64,000 nucleotides of DNA from Desulfobacterales bacterium (GCA_963674755.2 CAXXVS010000002.1:1152001-1216000), one strand, 5' to 3'. Shown: positions 30,350 to 39,117, counted from the first letter of the stretch. Made by a program: numbers and translations. The notes: a model not told the origin generated them from the letters alone.

Positions 30350-30622
30350 TTATGGTAGAGCATCAACGATCGGCTCGATCTTCTCGTGATGCCGCTGAAA
30401 CTTGTCCCGGTGCGGATACCATTCGAGGTAAAATTCGATGGCTTCCTTGATCAGCGTTGAACAGCCCTTGTTTTCGGATTTGGCGATGGCCTGCAGGTGG
30501 TTCTTTTGGGTGGGCGTCAGCTTCACGTTCACGTCTGCCGTGCGGCTTTCGTTCTGCGCGGCGGATTTGAAGCCCTCCAAATGGATTTCGATGGCCGTGC
30601 CGTTGTTTCGATCGATGCGCAT
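30350..30622 (-). CDS. Ribbon-helix-helix (CopG/Arc-like) regulator in the cII position
   Basis: VNVKLTPTQKNHLQAIAKSENKGCSTLIKEAIEFYL strand-helix-helix pattern; AAGGA RBS. Confidence 0.7.
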   Translation of the reverse strand: MRIDRNNGTAIEIHLEGFKSAAQNESRTADVNVKLTPTQKNHLQAIAKSENKGCSTLIKEAIEFYLEWYPHRDKFQRHHEKIEPIVDALP

Positions 30623-30683
30623 GGATGCCGATTCCTTCCCCCGCCGACGGTCCCTATTGCTTGACTTACCGTTATTATTTGGT

Positions 30684-30902
30684 TTAGGACTTAACCTCGG
30701 AGGCTTGCGCATAACGGTCCGGGAAAACCACTTCCACGGGCTTCCCGATCTTGTCGGCCACCAGGCGTTGCAGGTTGTCGCTGCGCATCTTGCGGCTGAT
30801 GACCCGACTGACCGCTATTTCGGTGACGGACGCCTCGCGGGCGATGGCCGCCTGGGTGACATGCCTTTTACGGAGTTCGAATTGGATCGTTAGAGGGTCC
30901 AT
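30684..30902 (-). CDS. Cro/Ner-like HTH regulator
   Basis: I..ELRKR.VTQ..IARE.......VSRVI...IG.P...VFPDRY; divergent from repressor. Confidence 0.8.
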   Translation of the reverse strand: MDPLTIQFELRKRHVTQAAIAREASVTEIAVSRVISRKMRSDNLQRLVADKIGKPVEVVFPDRYAQASEVKS

Positions 30903-30909
30903 AAATAAC

Positions 30910-30983
30910 TCCAATTGGGTTAGGTTTAGTGTATTTCTAAACCCAATTGGAATATTTTGTCAATATTATTTTTCCATTTGGGT
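30910..30983. promoter_or_regulatory. Immunity switch: three operators plus leftward promoter
   Basis: TCCA(A/T)TTGGGT at 30910-30920, inverted at 30941-30951, and at 30973-30983; minus-strand TTGACA at 30958-30963. Confidence 0.7.
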
Positions 30984-30988
30984 CTATT

Positions 30989-31468
30989 ATGGATGATATT
31001 CTGAAACGACTACTTGAAATTATTGAAGATCAGACCGGTGGAAATCGTAAAAAATTTTCGGAAAAGGCGGGAATTAGTAACAACACACTGACGAACTACA
31101 TTAATGGGCGGTCACCGAAAGCAGAATTTCTTAAGAGCATTTGCGAAACCTATTCGGTAAATCTGAATTGGCTTTTGACCGGTGCCGGCGACAAATATAT
31201 CGACATCGGCAACCCGGATGACGAACCCCCGCCCATCGGTGGCAAGGCTTTGCCCGATGGGCAGTTCCTTGATATCCATCGCACATTGCAGGAGTTGGCC
31301 GGGCTCAGCGATACCGCCTTGCGGGACGTCGAGATGTTTCTGGCGGGAATGGTGAAAGGGTTGCGCAACCGCGCTGGCGCACAGGCGGGCGATAGCGGCC
31401 GCCAGGCATGGGACGGCATCGAGCGCCGCTCCGGCCGGGATCGGCGGAGCGCACAGGGGGGAGATTAG
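30989..31468 (+). CDS. CI-like repressor (XRE HTH) without S24 peptidase domain
   Basis: FSEKAGISNNTLTNYINGRSPK...VNLNWLLTG.G HTH; C-terminal WDGIERRSGRDRR. Confidence 0.85.
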   Translation: MDDILKRLLEIIEDQTGGNRKKFSEKAGISNNTLTNYINGRSPKAEFLKSICETYSVNLNWLLTGAGDKYIDIGNPDDEPPPIGGKALPDGQFLDIHRTLQELAGLSDTALRDVEMFLAGMVKGLRNRAGAQAGDSGRQAWDGIERRSGRDRRSAQGGD

Positions 31469-31577
31469 CGGAGGGCTTTAATTCGAACGATGACCGCCCG
31501 GCCCGCAGCCGGATCAGCCATCGCGTCGCGAATATTATATATGTTGAGTTCGGGATCTGAACCGGGAGGTTATTGGT

Positions 31578-31913
31578 ATGAAGCGCATTGCTTTGTTACT
31601 GATCTTTCTCGCCGTGCCCGCCTACGCCCTTGACTATTCGGTTGTCGAAAAGCGCCTGGCTTACCTCAACGACATCGAAGGCGTTGCCCAGGTCGCCTTC
31701 GAACGCAACAACGTCTTCATCGGGTTTGAAACCCTGCCGGACGACTATGAATCAATCGTCCGCGCCGCCGCCTTCCATGGCAACAAAGCATTAGGCCGCC
31801 GCGTCCATGTTTGGGCCTGCAAATACGATGCGGAAATAGCTCCTGATCGCTGGCCTGTTTATTGTTTCGCGACCGCTCAGAACGGCAAAGTCGTTAACTT
31901 CGAGAAGCCCTGA
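31578..31913 (+). CDS. Exported protein in the lysogenic operon (possible superinfection exclusion)
   Basis: Signal peptide MKRIALLLIFLAVPAYA; GGGAGG RBS; lies between cI and integrase. Confidence 0.6.
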   Translation: MKRIALLLIFLAVPAYALDYSVVEKRLAYLNDIEGVAQVAFERNNVFIGFETLPDDYESIVRAAAFHGNKALGRRVHVWACKYDAEIAPDRWPVYCFATAQNGKVVNFEKP

Positions 31914-31916
31914 TAA

Positions 31917-33050
31917 ATGTCCGTCCATCAGCTAAAAGACGGCCGATGGATCGCCAAGTTTCCGAAAGGGACGCTCACCGACGACCCAGGCCGGACCCGC
32001 AAATATTTCGGACGCGGTATCGAAGGCGAAACCGCCGCCCGCAAGTTCAACGATTCCCTTCCTCTCAAAAAATACAACCGCACCCCCGAAGTCGCTGAAC
32101 CCACTTTCGCCCAAATCGCGGGCGCCTATTTCAAATACAAACAAACCCGCCTGCCGCAGGCCTCCATCGAAACCCTATGGTACAAGCTGAACAATGTCAT
32201 CCTGCCCGAGATCGGCGAGATCCCCGTCAACCGCCTGACCGAGCGGGATCTTGACCGTTACGTCAAAAAGCGCCTGCAATCCCCGGTGATGGTCCGCATC
32301 GGGAAGCGCCCCAATCAAAAAACCCGGCCGGTCAAAAACCCGGACGGCAGCGTCCGGACCATCAGCCCGACCACGGTTCATCGGGAGTTGAGCGATATCC
32401 AGGCCGTCCTCAATTGGGCCGCCAAGCCCTCCCGCCGCCTGGTTTCCGTGAACCCGGTCCGCGACTATGAAAAGATTAAGCGCCGCGATCGCATCGTCCT
32501 GCCGCCCTCCCCGGCCGAAGCCGCCGCCCTGATTAAATACGCTCCCGAGCATTTAAAACGCTTCCTGATCATCGCCTATTATTGCGGCGCCCGGCCCGGC
32601 GCATCCGAATTGCTGTCCCTGACATGGGACAAGGTCGACCTGGACAGCGGCACGATCCTGGTCGTGTCCGCCCGCAAAGGCGGCCGCGAATCACGCCTGA
32701 TCCCGCTGAATGAGGATTTCAAACGCTTTTTAAAGGAATGGAAGGCCGAAGACGGCGACGACAGCCGCTATCTGATCACTTGGGGCGGTAGACCGATTAA
32801 AAGAATCGGGGGCTCATTCAAACGTGCCAAACGCAAAGCCAAAATCGATCCCAACCGCAAGTTGCCGCCCTACGCCTTCCGCCATGCTTTCGTAACGGCG
32901 GCCCTGAACGCCGGCGGCGACCTTAAAGGTGTCTCCGAAATGGCCGGCCACTCAAGAACCGAAACCACAACCCGCATTTATCAGCATACCAACATCAATT
33001 TGCATCGCGGGATTGTGGAGAACTTGCCGCCGATAACATTTGACAGATAA
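31917..33050 (+). CDS. int: Prophage tyrosine integrase
   Basis: G.RPG..EL..L.W, K, YAFRH, AGHS, catalytic Tyr in RIYQH. Confidence 0.92.
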   Translation: MSVHQLKDGRWIAKFPKGTLTDDPGRTRKYFGRGIEGETAARKFNDSLPLKKYNRTPEVAEPTFAQIAGAYFKYKQTRLPQASIETLWYKLNNVILPEIGEIPVNRLTERDLDRYVKKRLQSPVMVRIGKRPNQKTRPVKNPDGSVRTISPTTVHRELSDIQAVLNWAAKPSRRLVSVNPVRDYEKIKRRDRIVLPPSPAEAAALIKYAPEHLKRFLIIAYYCGARPGASELLSLTWDKVDLDSGTILVVSARKGGRESRLIPLNEDFKRFLKEWKAEDGDDSRYLITWGGRPIKRIGGSFKRAKRKAKIDPNRKLPPYAFRHAFVTAALNAGGDLKGVSEMAGHSRTETTTRIYQHTNINLHRGIVENLPPITFDR

Positions 33051-33207
33051 TTTTGGCAATCATTTCAACGTGACACCGCCTTTATGCCGTGGTAGGCTTT
33101 TAAAAAGGGCTCAAACCGCCGCCCTTATGGCGATAGCTGTAGATAGAAAGGCGCGCCCCCGGCGTGCTCATCCTCTCGCCCATGAACCTGCTCCCCAGGA
33201 GGTGGAC

Positions 33208-33825
33208 ATGTTAAACCGGTCCGCTCAAACTCTTCTCCTGATCCCCGCCCTACTGGTCTTGTTGATCTCCTCCGCGATCTCGGACACCACGTACATATGG
33301 GCCGACGCCAACGGCAACCTTGTCGTTACCAGCGAAAAGCCGCCTGCCAATGTCACGGACTATGATGTTATCGGAGATGAACAAACCGCCGACGAGACCG
33401 GCCCGCCGCCCCCAACAGACGGGGTTGCCGATGCAGAGGCCCAATATAAAGATTTCCCCCCTCTGGTTCTGGAACAAATTCGGCGAACTGCCCGCGATCG
33501 CTGGCCGGGCAAGCCGGACGCCCAGGCCGCCATGGTCGACCGCTAGGTGCGCGCTTGCCGCTATGTGATAGAGGCCCGCACCATGGACTTCCCGGTCGAC
33601 GGGCGCGACCACATCCTACGCTATGTCGATCGTTTATGGCCTGACGACTACGGGCGCCAGGCCGACTATATCGCACGTCAATACAAAGCTTATCAGGCCG
33701 TTCTCTACTACGAAAATCTTGACCTCCCGTACAAAGAGCTGGAGACAATCAAGACCCGCGTGGCTGAACGGTGGCCCTTCGACTATGTCAAACAAGAGCA
33801 CTTCATGCGGCGAGAAGCCAACTAA
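33208..33825 (+). pseudogene. DUF4124-like exported protein interrupted by an in-frame TAG (33544-33546)
   Basis: Signal peptide, YIW.D.NG....S.KPP motif, three WP..Y..Q repeats continuing in frame past the TAG. Confidence 0.7.
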
Positions 33826-33994
33826 CGCATCGAACAGGTTCGAAGCCAGGAGCCCGAGGAGCGGATTACCGGCGTGCGCTCTTACAACCTCAAAGAGCTC
33901 AACGAAAACGATGGGCTGAGTCCGGAATAGCCGAACGCCGGGCGATTTCTTTGTCCCAATCGACTATGCTTAAACAAATTGCCTATGGATTCGA

Positions 33995-34160
33995 TACGCC
34001 TTCTGTCATGCTTTCGTAACGGCCGCCCTAAACGCCAGCGGCGACCTGAAAGGCGCCTCCGAAATGGCCGGATACTCTCTCACCGAAACCACAACCCGCA
34101 TTTCTCAGCATACAAATATCAATTTGCATCGCGGGATTGTGGAGAATTTACCGTAAATAA
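33995..34160 (+). pseudogene. Degenerate duplicate of the integrase 3' end (32871-33036)
   Basis: 166-nt colinear copy encoding YAFCHAFVTAALNASGDLKGASEMAGYSLTETTTRISQH... Confidence 0.9.
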
Positions 34161-34305
34161 GGGTTGATGGTTGAAAATAGATTCACAGTGCGACAGTATC
34201 GATTATTATTCAGATGTTTGAAAAATATTCTCTATCAAATAAGCGAATAGATCGTTCCAACGAAACGTAGGATTGTACTTATCGCTTGTGTTAGGAAATT
34301 TAAAG

Positions 34306-35391
34306 ATGAATGAAGAAAGTGAAACTCAAAAACCAAAAAACTGTTTCATAGTAATGCCATTTGGCAAAAATAGAGAAGAGAGACGTTGGTTCAAAGGTTG
34401 GTATGAAGTTGTTATAAAAATAGCCGTTACAATAGCGGGTTACAAGCCTATTCTTGCCGCATCAGAAGAACAACCAGGAGCTATTAATGATGAGATTCGT
34501 ACCCATTTATCTTTTGATCCGATGGTTGTTGTTGATTTAGGTGGAATGGAACCCGATGAAGATCCAAACCCAAACGTGATGTATGAATTAGGGATTAGAC
34601 ATGCACTCGGTTTACCACTGGTAATGATGGCATGGGAAGGACAGACCCTACCTTTTGACGTATCAAATCAAAGAGTCATAATGGAGCCAAGGGATTTTTT
34701 AGGTCAAGAAACAAACAAGAATAAATTAATCGCATTTATCAAATCTGCTGAGGTGGGGAAATATTACAAACCTATGGAAGCAGTAGGCAGGTATGCAACT
34801 ATTGAAGCTGCCTCTGCTTCTTTAGGTGAGGATTCTATTATTGGTGCCCTAGTAAGAGAAGTTAGGGATTTGCGTGGTACTGTAGCATCTGTTGTTCACT
34901 ATAAGCAATACCGAAGCCCTCGGCCATCAAAGTCCACAATCAAGAAACTTTTGCGAAAAAAGCCATTTAGAAAAGATATATATTCATACTATATCAAATC
35001 AGGTGGTGATCCTACATTATGGGCTCAAATTTTACACGATGAAGCTTCTAATATTTTTGTTACAATTGCTGATGAGTGGGGATTCGAGGATTGGAAGTCC
35101 TATATCAAGGAAAAAATCGATGAGCAAAGATCCCACCCATCAGCTACCCCTTTTAATGACGCCTCCATGCTATCAGAAGAGCTTATAGAAAATATTCGCC
35201 ATGAGTTACCTGAACAACCCTGGCCGACAGGGACGAGTAAAGAAATATGTACCAAGCTGAATATATCGTCAAATCTATATAAAAAAGCGGTTAAAGATTT
35301 AATTAACCGAGGCGTATTCAAGAGGCAAATCAATGGCGTTTTGGTAAATGACAATGATGCAGTTGACGTACAAAATAAGAGAACCGAATAG
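34306..35391 (+). CDS. Nucleoside 2-deoxyribosyltransferase/TIR-like protein with C-terminal wHTH (candidate defence)
   Basis: CFIVMPF...DL...NPNVMYELG.RHA...LPFDV motifs; C-terminal LPEQPWPTG helix-turn-helix; AT-rich. Confidence 0.7.
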   Translation: MNEESETQKPKNCFIVMPFGKNREERRWFKGWYEVVIKIAVTIAGYKPILAASEEQPGAINDEIRTHLSFDPMVVVDLGGMEPDEDPNPNVMYELGIRHALGLPLVMMAWEGQTLPFDVSNQRVIMEPRDFLGQETNKNKLIAFIKSAEVGKYYKPMEAVGRYATIEAASASLGEDSIIGALVREVRDLRGTVASVVHYKQYRSPRPSKSTIKKLLRKKPFRKDIYSYYIKSGGDPTLWAQILHDEASNIFVTIADEWGFEDWKSYIKEKIDEQRSHPSATPFNDASMLSEELIENIRHELPEQPWPTGTSKEICTKLNISSNLYKKAVKDLINRGVFKRQINGVLVNDNDAVDVQNKRTE

Positions 35392-35660
35392 GGTCGCATC
35401 TTAATTATTAATTATCCACCTAACCATCCGAAACAAATCGCCTGTGAATTCGATAACCAAATGGCTGACAGACCCGGACGCCGCCGACTACCCTTTCCCT
35501 TATCAAATCGGCGATCGGCTAAGATCAACAACCAAAAACATCCAGGGAACCGTCCGAAACGCCAAATACGCCGCCCCATACCTATACGGCCCCGCATGGA
35601 TCATGTACTATCTCGAAACCGACAACGGCCAATTAGCCCAACACCCACTAAATGAATTAG
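35380..35660 (+). repeat. Cargo-array repeat, longest copy (contains the 78-aa ORF 35444-35680)
   Basis: Near-identical to 37220-37490, 36632-36780 and 39994-40100. Confidence 0.9.
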
Positions 35661-35765
35661 AGAAAATCGGTATATTTTGACATACTGATTAAATCCAATC
35701 AGGTGGAAAGGTAAAATTATACTTATTAAATAACTCATTTGGATAGATATTCTTTTTGCAGCCAC

Positions 35766-36641
35766 ATGCTTAAAAAAGATCATAAAGCAGTATATATACA
35801 TTGTGATGGCTCAATGCTGCAAGACTCGATGTCTAGTGGTGGAGTTGGGTATGTGATTAAATTCCCAGATGAGTTTGAATTGGAGGATGTACCTTTTTTT
35901 CATGGAATATACCAAGATGCTAATATTGAAAGAATAGAAATCCAGGCTATTATTGAAGGGATGAAGGGTTTAATCTATTGGCTTAAACATAATACTATCG
36001 ATTTCTATTCTATTTCTAAAATAGTAATTATAACTGATAGATTTAGTTTGTGTGACGAAGAAAGAACGAGCATTTTCAAGATTCGTGATTGGAGAAAATA
36101 TGGAGGCAAGAATTTCGAAGGAAAAGAAGTTAAAAACTGGGATTTATTGAATAAGTTAGATAAGATAAGAACTAAAATTAGAAATCTTACTAGAAAAACA
36201 GTAAGAATTGTATATCGTAGAAGAAAATTTAATAAAGAAGCCGATAAGCTATCAAAGAAGGGAAGGAATAACGGAATACCAACTAGGGCAATTGCAATTG
36301 AGGGCCATAAAATTGGTCGTAGAAAATTCGATGGTGAGGAAGTTAAATACAGTCTATTTTCACCAAAGGATATCACCACTGTTCATATATTTCGTAAAAG
36401 ACCTATTAAAAATCAATGGGAGATAAACGCAGAAATTTGTTCTGGTAAAATGAAAGGTAAAAAACTTATAATAATTACTGACCATTTGTTACAAGAAAAG
36501 CTTCAGAGAGGAAATGTTTTTGAAATTAGAATTAAAAAAATATATTCACATCATTTTGAAATTTATAGAACCATAAAGAAATTGAAGAAGGAACAATTTA
36601 TAAACGAATTGTTAGATGAGACGAAAGCTCTTAACTTATAA
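35766..36641 (+). CDS. RNase H-like protein with basic C-terminal extension
   Basis: D (CDGS..GGVG), E (ERIE), D (IITD), D (N.EADKL) catalytic pattern; AT-rich. Confidence 0.75.
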   Translation: MLKKDHKAVYIHCDGSMLQDSMSSGGVGYVIKFPDEFELEDVPFFHGIYQDANIERIEIQAIIEGMKGLIYWLKHNTIDFYSISKIVIITDRFSLCDEERTSIFKIRDWRKYGGKNFEGKEVKNWDLLNKLDKIRTKIRNLTRKTVRIVYRRRKFNKEADKLSKKGRNNGIPTRAIAIEGHKIGRRKFDGEEVKYSLFSPKDITTVHIFRKRPIKNQWEINAEICSGKMKGKKLIIITDHLLQEKLQRGNVFEIRIKKIYSHHFEIYRTIKKLKKEQFINELLDETKALNL

Positions 36642-36852
36642 AATTTCAAATCTGATAAACCGAATCAAATCGCCTATGAATTCGATAACCAAATGACTGA
36701 CAGATCCGGACGCCGCCGACTACCCTTTCCCCTATCAAATCGGCGATCGGCTCAGATCAACAACCAAAAACATCCAGGAGAATCGAGGGGACGCCTTGAA
36801 CTTATAAACTTCAAACTTAACCATCCGGAACAAATCACCTATGAATCTGATA
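36632..36852 (+). repeat. Cargo-array repeat, copy plus an adjacent left-half copy
   Basis: Core AAATC(G/A)CCTATGAAT..GATA at 36663-36687 and 36828-36852. Confidence 0.85.
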
Positions 36853-37009
36853 TGCGTCATTTTATCCCCGCTGATGAAATGCCCAAAAAAATAAAAATGC
36901 ACATAAATTCCGCCAATATCCAATATTTGGTAAAAATCCCTAATAATCACTATTTATGTGCCTAAAACAGTAATGCTCGTATAAAACCAAACACACACGG
37001 AGGCAAATA

Positions 37010-37243
37010 TTGATGAGCAGAATTGAAAATGAAGATACTCGCTATTTTATAGAGATTGACCTTGATTCATTGGGTATTATCAGAGTTGGCTTCGACCAAA
37101 AGCAAAATTTAGATAAGGGCCAACAAAAACAAGCCGGGATTCATAGATTGTTTCTAACTAAAGGCCAGTATAATAAGTTTGTTAGCCGTTGTGAAAGTGA
37201 ACTTCAAAGCGTCTTGGAGGAACCGAATAGGGTCGCATCTTAA
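37010..37243 (+). CDS. Small hypothetical cargo protein
   Basis: GGAGG RBS; stop lies inside the repeat junction. Confidence 0.65.
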   Translation: MMSRIENEDTRYFIEIDLDSLGIIRVGFDQKQNLDKGQQKQAGIHRLFLTKGQYNKFVSRCESELQSVLEEPNRVAS

Positions 37244-37490
37244 TATTAATTATTCGTCTAACAATCCGGAATAAATCGCCTATGAATTCGATAACAAAAT
37301 GGCTGACAGACCCGGACGCCGCCGACTACCCTTTCCCCTATCAAATCGGAGATCGGCTCAGATCTCCAACCCAAAACATCCAGGGAACCGTCCGAAACGC
37401 CAATTACGCCGCCCTGGAGCAAGGCGGCCCCGCATGGAATATGTAACATGCCGAACCGAAAACAGCCTGGTTGCCCAACGCCCTCGAAAT
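37220..37490 (+). repeat. Cargo-array repeat copy
   Basis: ~200 bp near-identical to 35380-35580. Confidence 0.9.
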
Positions 37491-37571
37491 AAAGTGAGAA
37501 AATCTGTGCCATATAATGTATAGGGAGAGGGCTAGCCCACTATATAGTGTATAAAAAAGCTCTTGCCTTAA

Positions 37572-37629
37572 AAGTATCACCATGATACTTGATTATCCTT
37601 GACTAAGATTAGTAGTATCATTATGATAC
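37572..37629 (+). promoter_or_regulatory. TA promoter with two palindromic operators
   Basis: GTATCA-N3-TGATAC at 37574-37588 and 37615-37629; TTGACT-17 bp-TATGAT at 37599-37627. Confidence 0.8.
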
Positions 37630-37644
37630 CCGTTAGGAGTCGGG

Positions 37645-37962
37645 GTGACAAAAGACGACCCTGAATACGATCTCGGTGAAATTCACTATCTCATTGAAGA
37701 GAGACAGTGCGATATTACTACCACTGTAAGAACAACTGCCCACCAAATTGGTTTTTCGGAAACTGATATATACAACGAAATCCTGGCCCTCGATAAAAGA
37801 AATTTCCTTCATTCAGTAGAAGGTAACTTCGATCATATATTTCAAGATGTATATACAAAGACTATCCGCAATGTTCCGGTATACATAAAATTTAAGAAAA
37901 TCGGAAAATACGGCGATAAAGTATTGGTTCTGTCGTTTAAAAGAAACACGAGTGTTCGATAA
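37645..37962 (+). CDS. mqsR: MqsR-like mRNA interferase toxin
   Basis: YDL..I, QDVY, YIKF, VLSFK motifs. Confidence 0.8.
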   Translation: MTKDDPEYDLGEIHYLIEERQCDITTTVRTTAHQIGFSETDIYNEILALDKRNFLHSVEGNFDHIFQDVYTKTIRNVPVYIKFKKIGKYGDKVLVLSFKRNTSVR

Positions 37963-37984
37963 TGTAGCAAAAAGGGGGCAGCGC

Positions 37985-38512
37985 ATGGAATATGCAGCGG
38001 GGAGCCTGTGCCCGGTGTGTGAAACTGGCAATTTAGAGGAAAAGGTAAAAGATTTAGAATTTGAGTATAATGAAAGGAAATCAGTAGCTAAAGGTATAAC
38101 CTGTTTTGAATGTCCTGTTTGTGGAGAATCATTTACCAATCGTAAGGATAGTCGTTCCCTGGAAAAATTCTTAGCCGATGAAAGGCGAATAGCTGATGGC
38201 CTTCTTGTAAGTGATGAAATCAAGAAAATTCGAGAAGGCTTTAATTTAACTCAAGTGCAGTTTGCTAAAGCTCTTAAGGTTGGTGAAAAGAATTTTGCTC
38301 GTTATGAAAGTGGCCAGGCCACTCAGGGCGTGGCCATGGATAATCTGTTAAGGGTACTTAGAGAATATCCATCGGCAATCAAGCTATTTATTAACGAATG
38401 GAAAAATGTTGAAGAAGAGAAAGTAATACAAATCGAAGCCCTTTACAGAAAAAAGAAGACTCATAAAGGCGCAAGAAAGATTGATTACAATATAAGCTCT
38501 TGTTTAGTCTGA
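37985..38512 (+). CDS. mqsA: MqsA-like antitoxin with C-terminal chaperone-addiction-like extension
   Basis: CPVC...CPVCGE zinc finger, XRE HTH (LTQ..FA...FARYE.G), ~35-aa tail. Confidence 0.85.
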   Translation: MEYAAGSLCPVCETGNLEEKVKDLEFEYNERKSVAKGITCFECPVCGESFTNRKDSRSLEKFLADERRIADGLLVSDEIKKIREGFNLTQVQFAKALKVGEKNFARYESGQATQGVAMDNLLRVLREYPSAIKLFINEWKNVEEEKVIQIEALYRKKKTHKGARKIDYNISSCLV

Positions 38513-38535
38513 GCCAGAATGAAAGACTTAATTTC

Positions 38536-38979
38536 ATGACAACAAGAATGTCTATTGAAGAGATCAAGTTGCTTGATTGCAGATATTCTATGAAGGATAT
38601 TGCGAAAGAAGACAATTCGTCAAATGATGAGGTGTCACCAGTTAGTATGGATATTGTTTGTGGAAACAATTTCATTAAGGATGATTTACGCCTGATAATA
38701 ACTCTTGAAGTAATCTGTGATTCACCAAAATTGCCGTTTCGTTTCAATGTTAAATATGGGGCGTCTTATATTCTATCCCAAGATCCTGAGGAAGATGAGC
38801 TAGATAGATTTGTTAACGTTATCTGCCCTTTCCAAATAATGCCCTACATTAGAGAATTCGTGAGTGAATTGACTCGCAGAGCAGGTAACGAACCGCTGTT
38901 TATCCCACCAATGAATTTTATTGCCATGGACAAGGCACGCAAAAAAAAGAAGACAGCATCGACTTCAGAAAATGAGTAA
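38536..38979 (+). CDS. SecB-like chaperone (TAC module)
   Basis: F.V.Y...Y...P.IRE.VS.LT.RAG..PL.IPP.NF SecB signature. Confidence 0.85.
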   Translation: MTTRMSIEEIKLLDCRYSMKDIAKEDNSSNDEVSPVSMDIVCGNNFIKDDLRLIITLEVICDSPKLPFRFNVKYGASYILSQDPEEDELDRFVNVICPFQIMPYIREFVSELTRRAGNEPLFIPPMNFIAMDKARKKKKTASTSENE

Positions 38980-39117
38980 TAGTTGGCAAGTATTCCTTCC
39001 CTGGAGTAGACGCAGAACCTAAGGTATCTATCGAAGAGGTTTTGCCACGCTGAAGAGCACGACGTTACGAAATGGAAACACCCTCACCATATTGCAAAAT
39101 CATTAGCATCTTGCACC

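Noticed and set aside
33050..33207. Riboswitch or sRNA between the integrase and the DUF4124-like gene
   Set aside because: No recognisable aptamer consensus; would need an Rfam search
35766..36641. Retron or RT-associated RNase H system
   Set aside because: No reverse transcriptase ORF or msr/msd-like inverted repeats in the window
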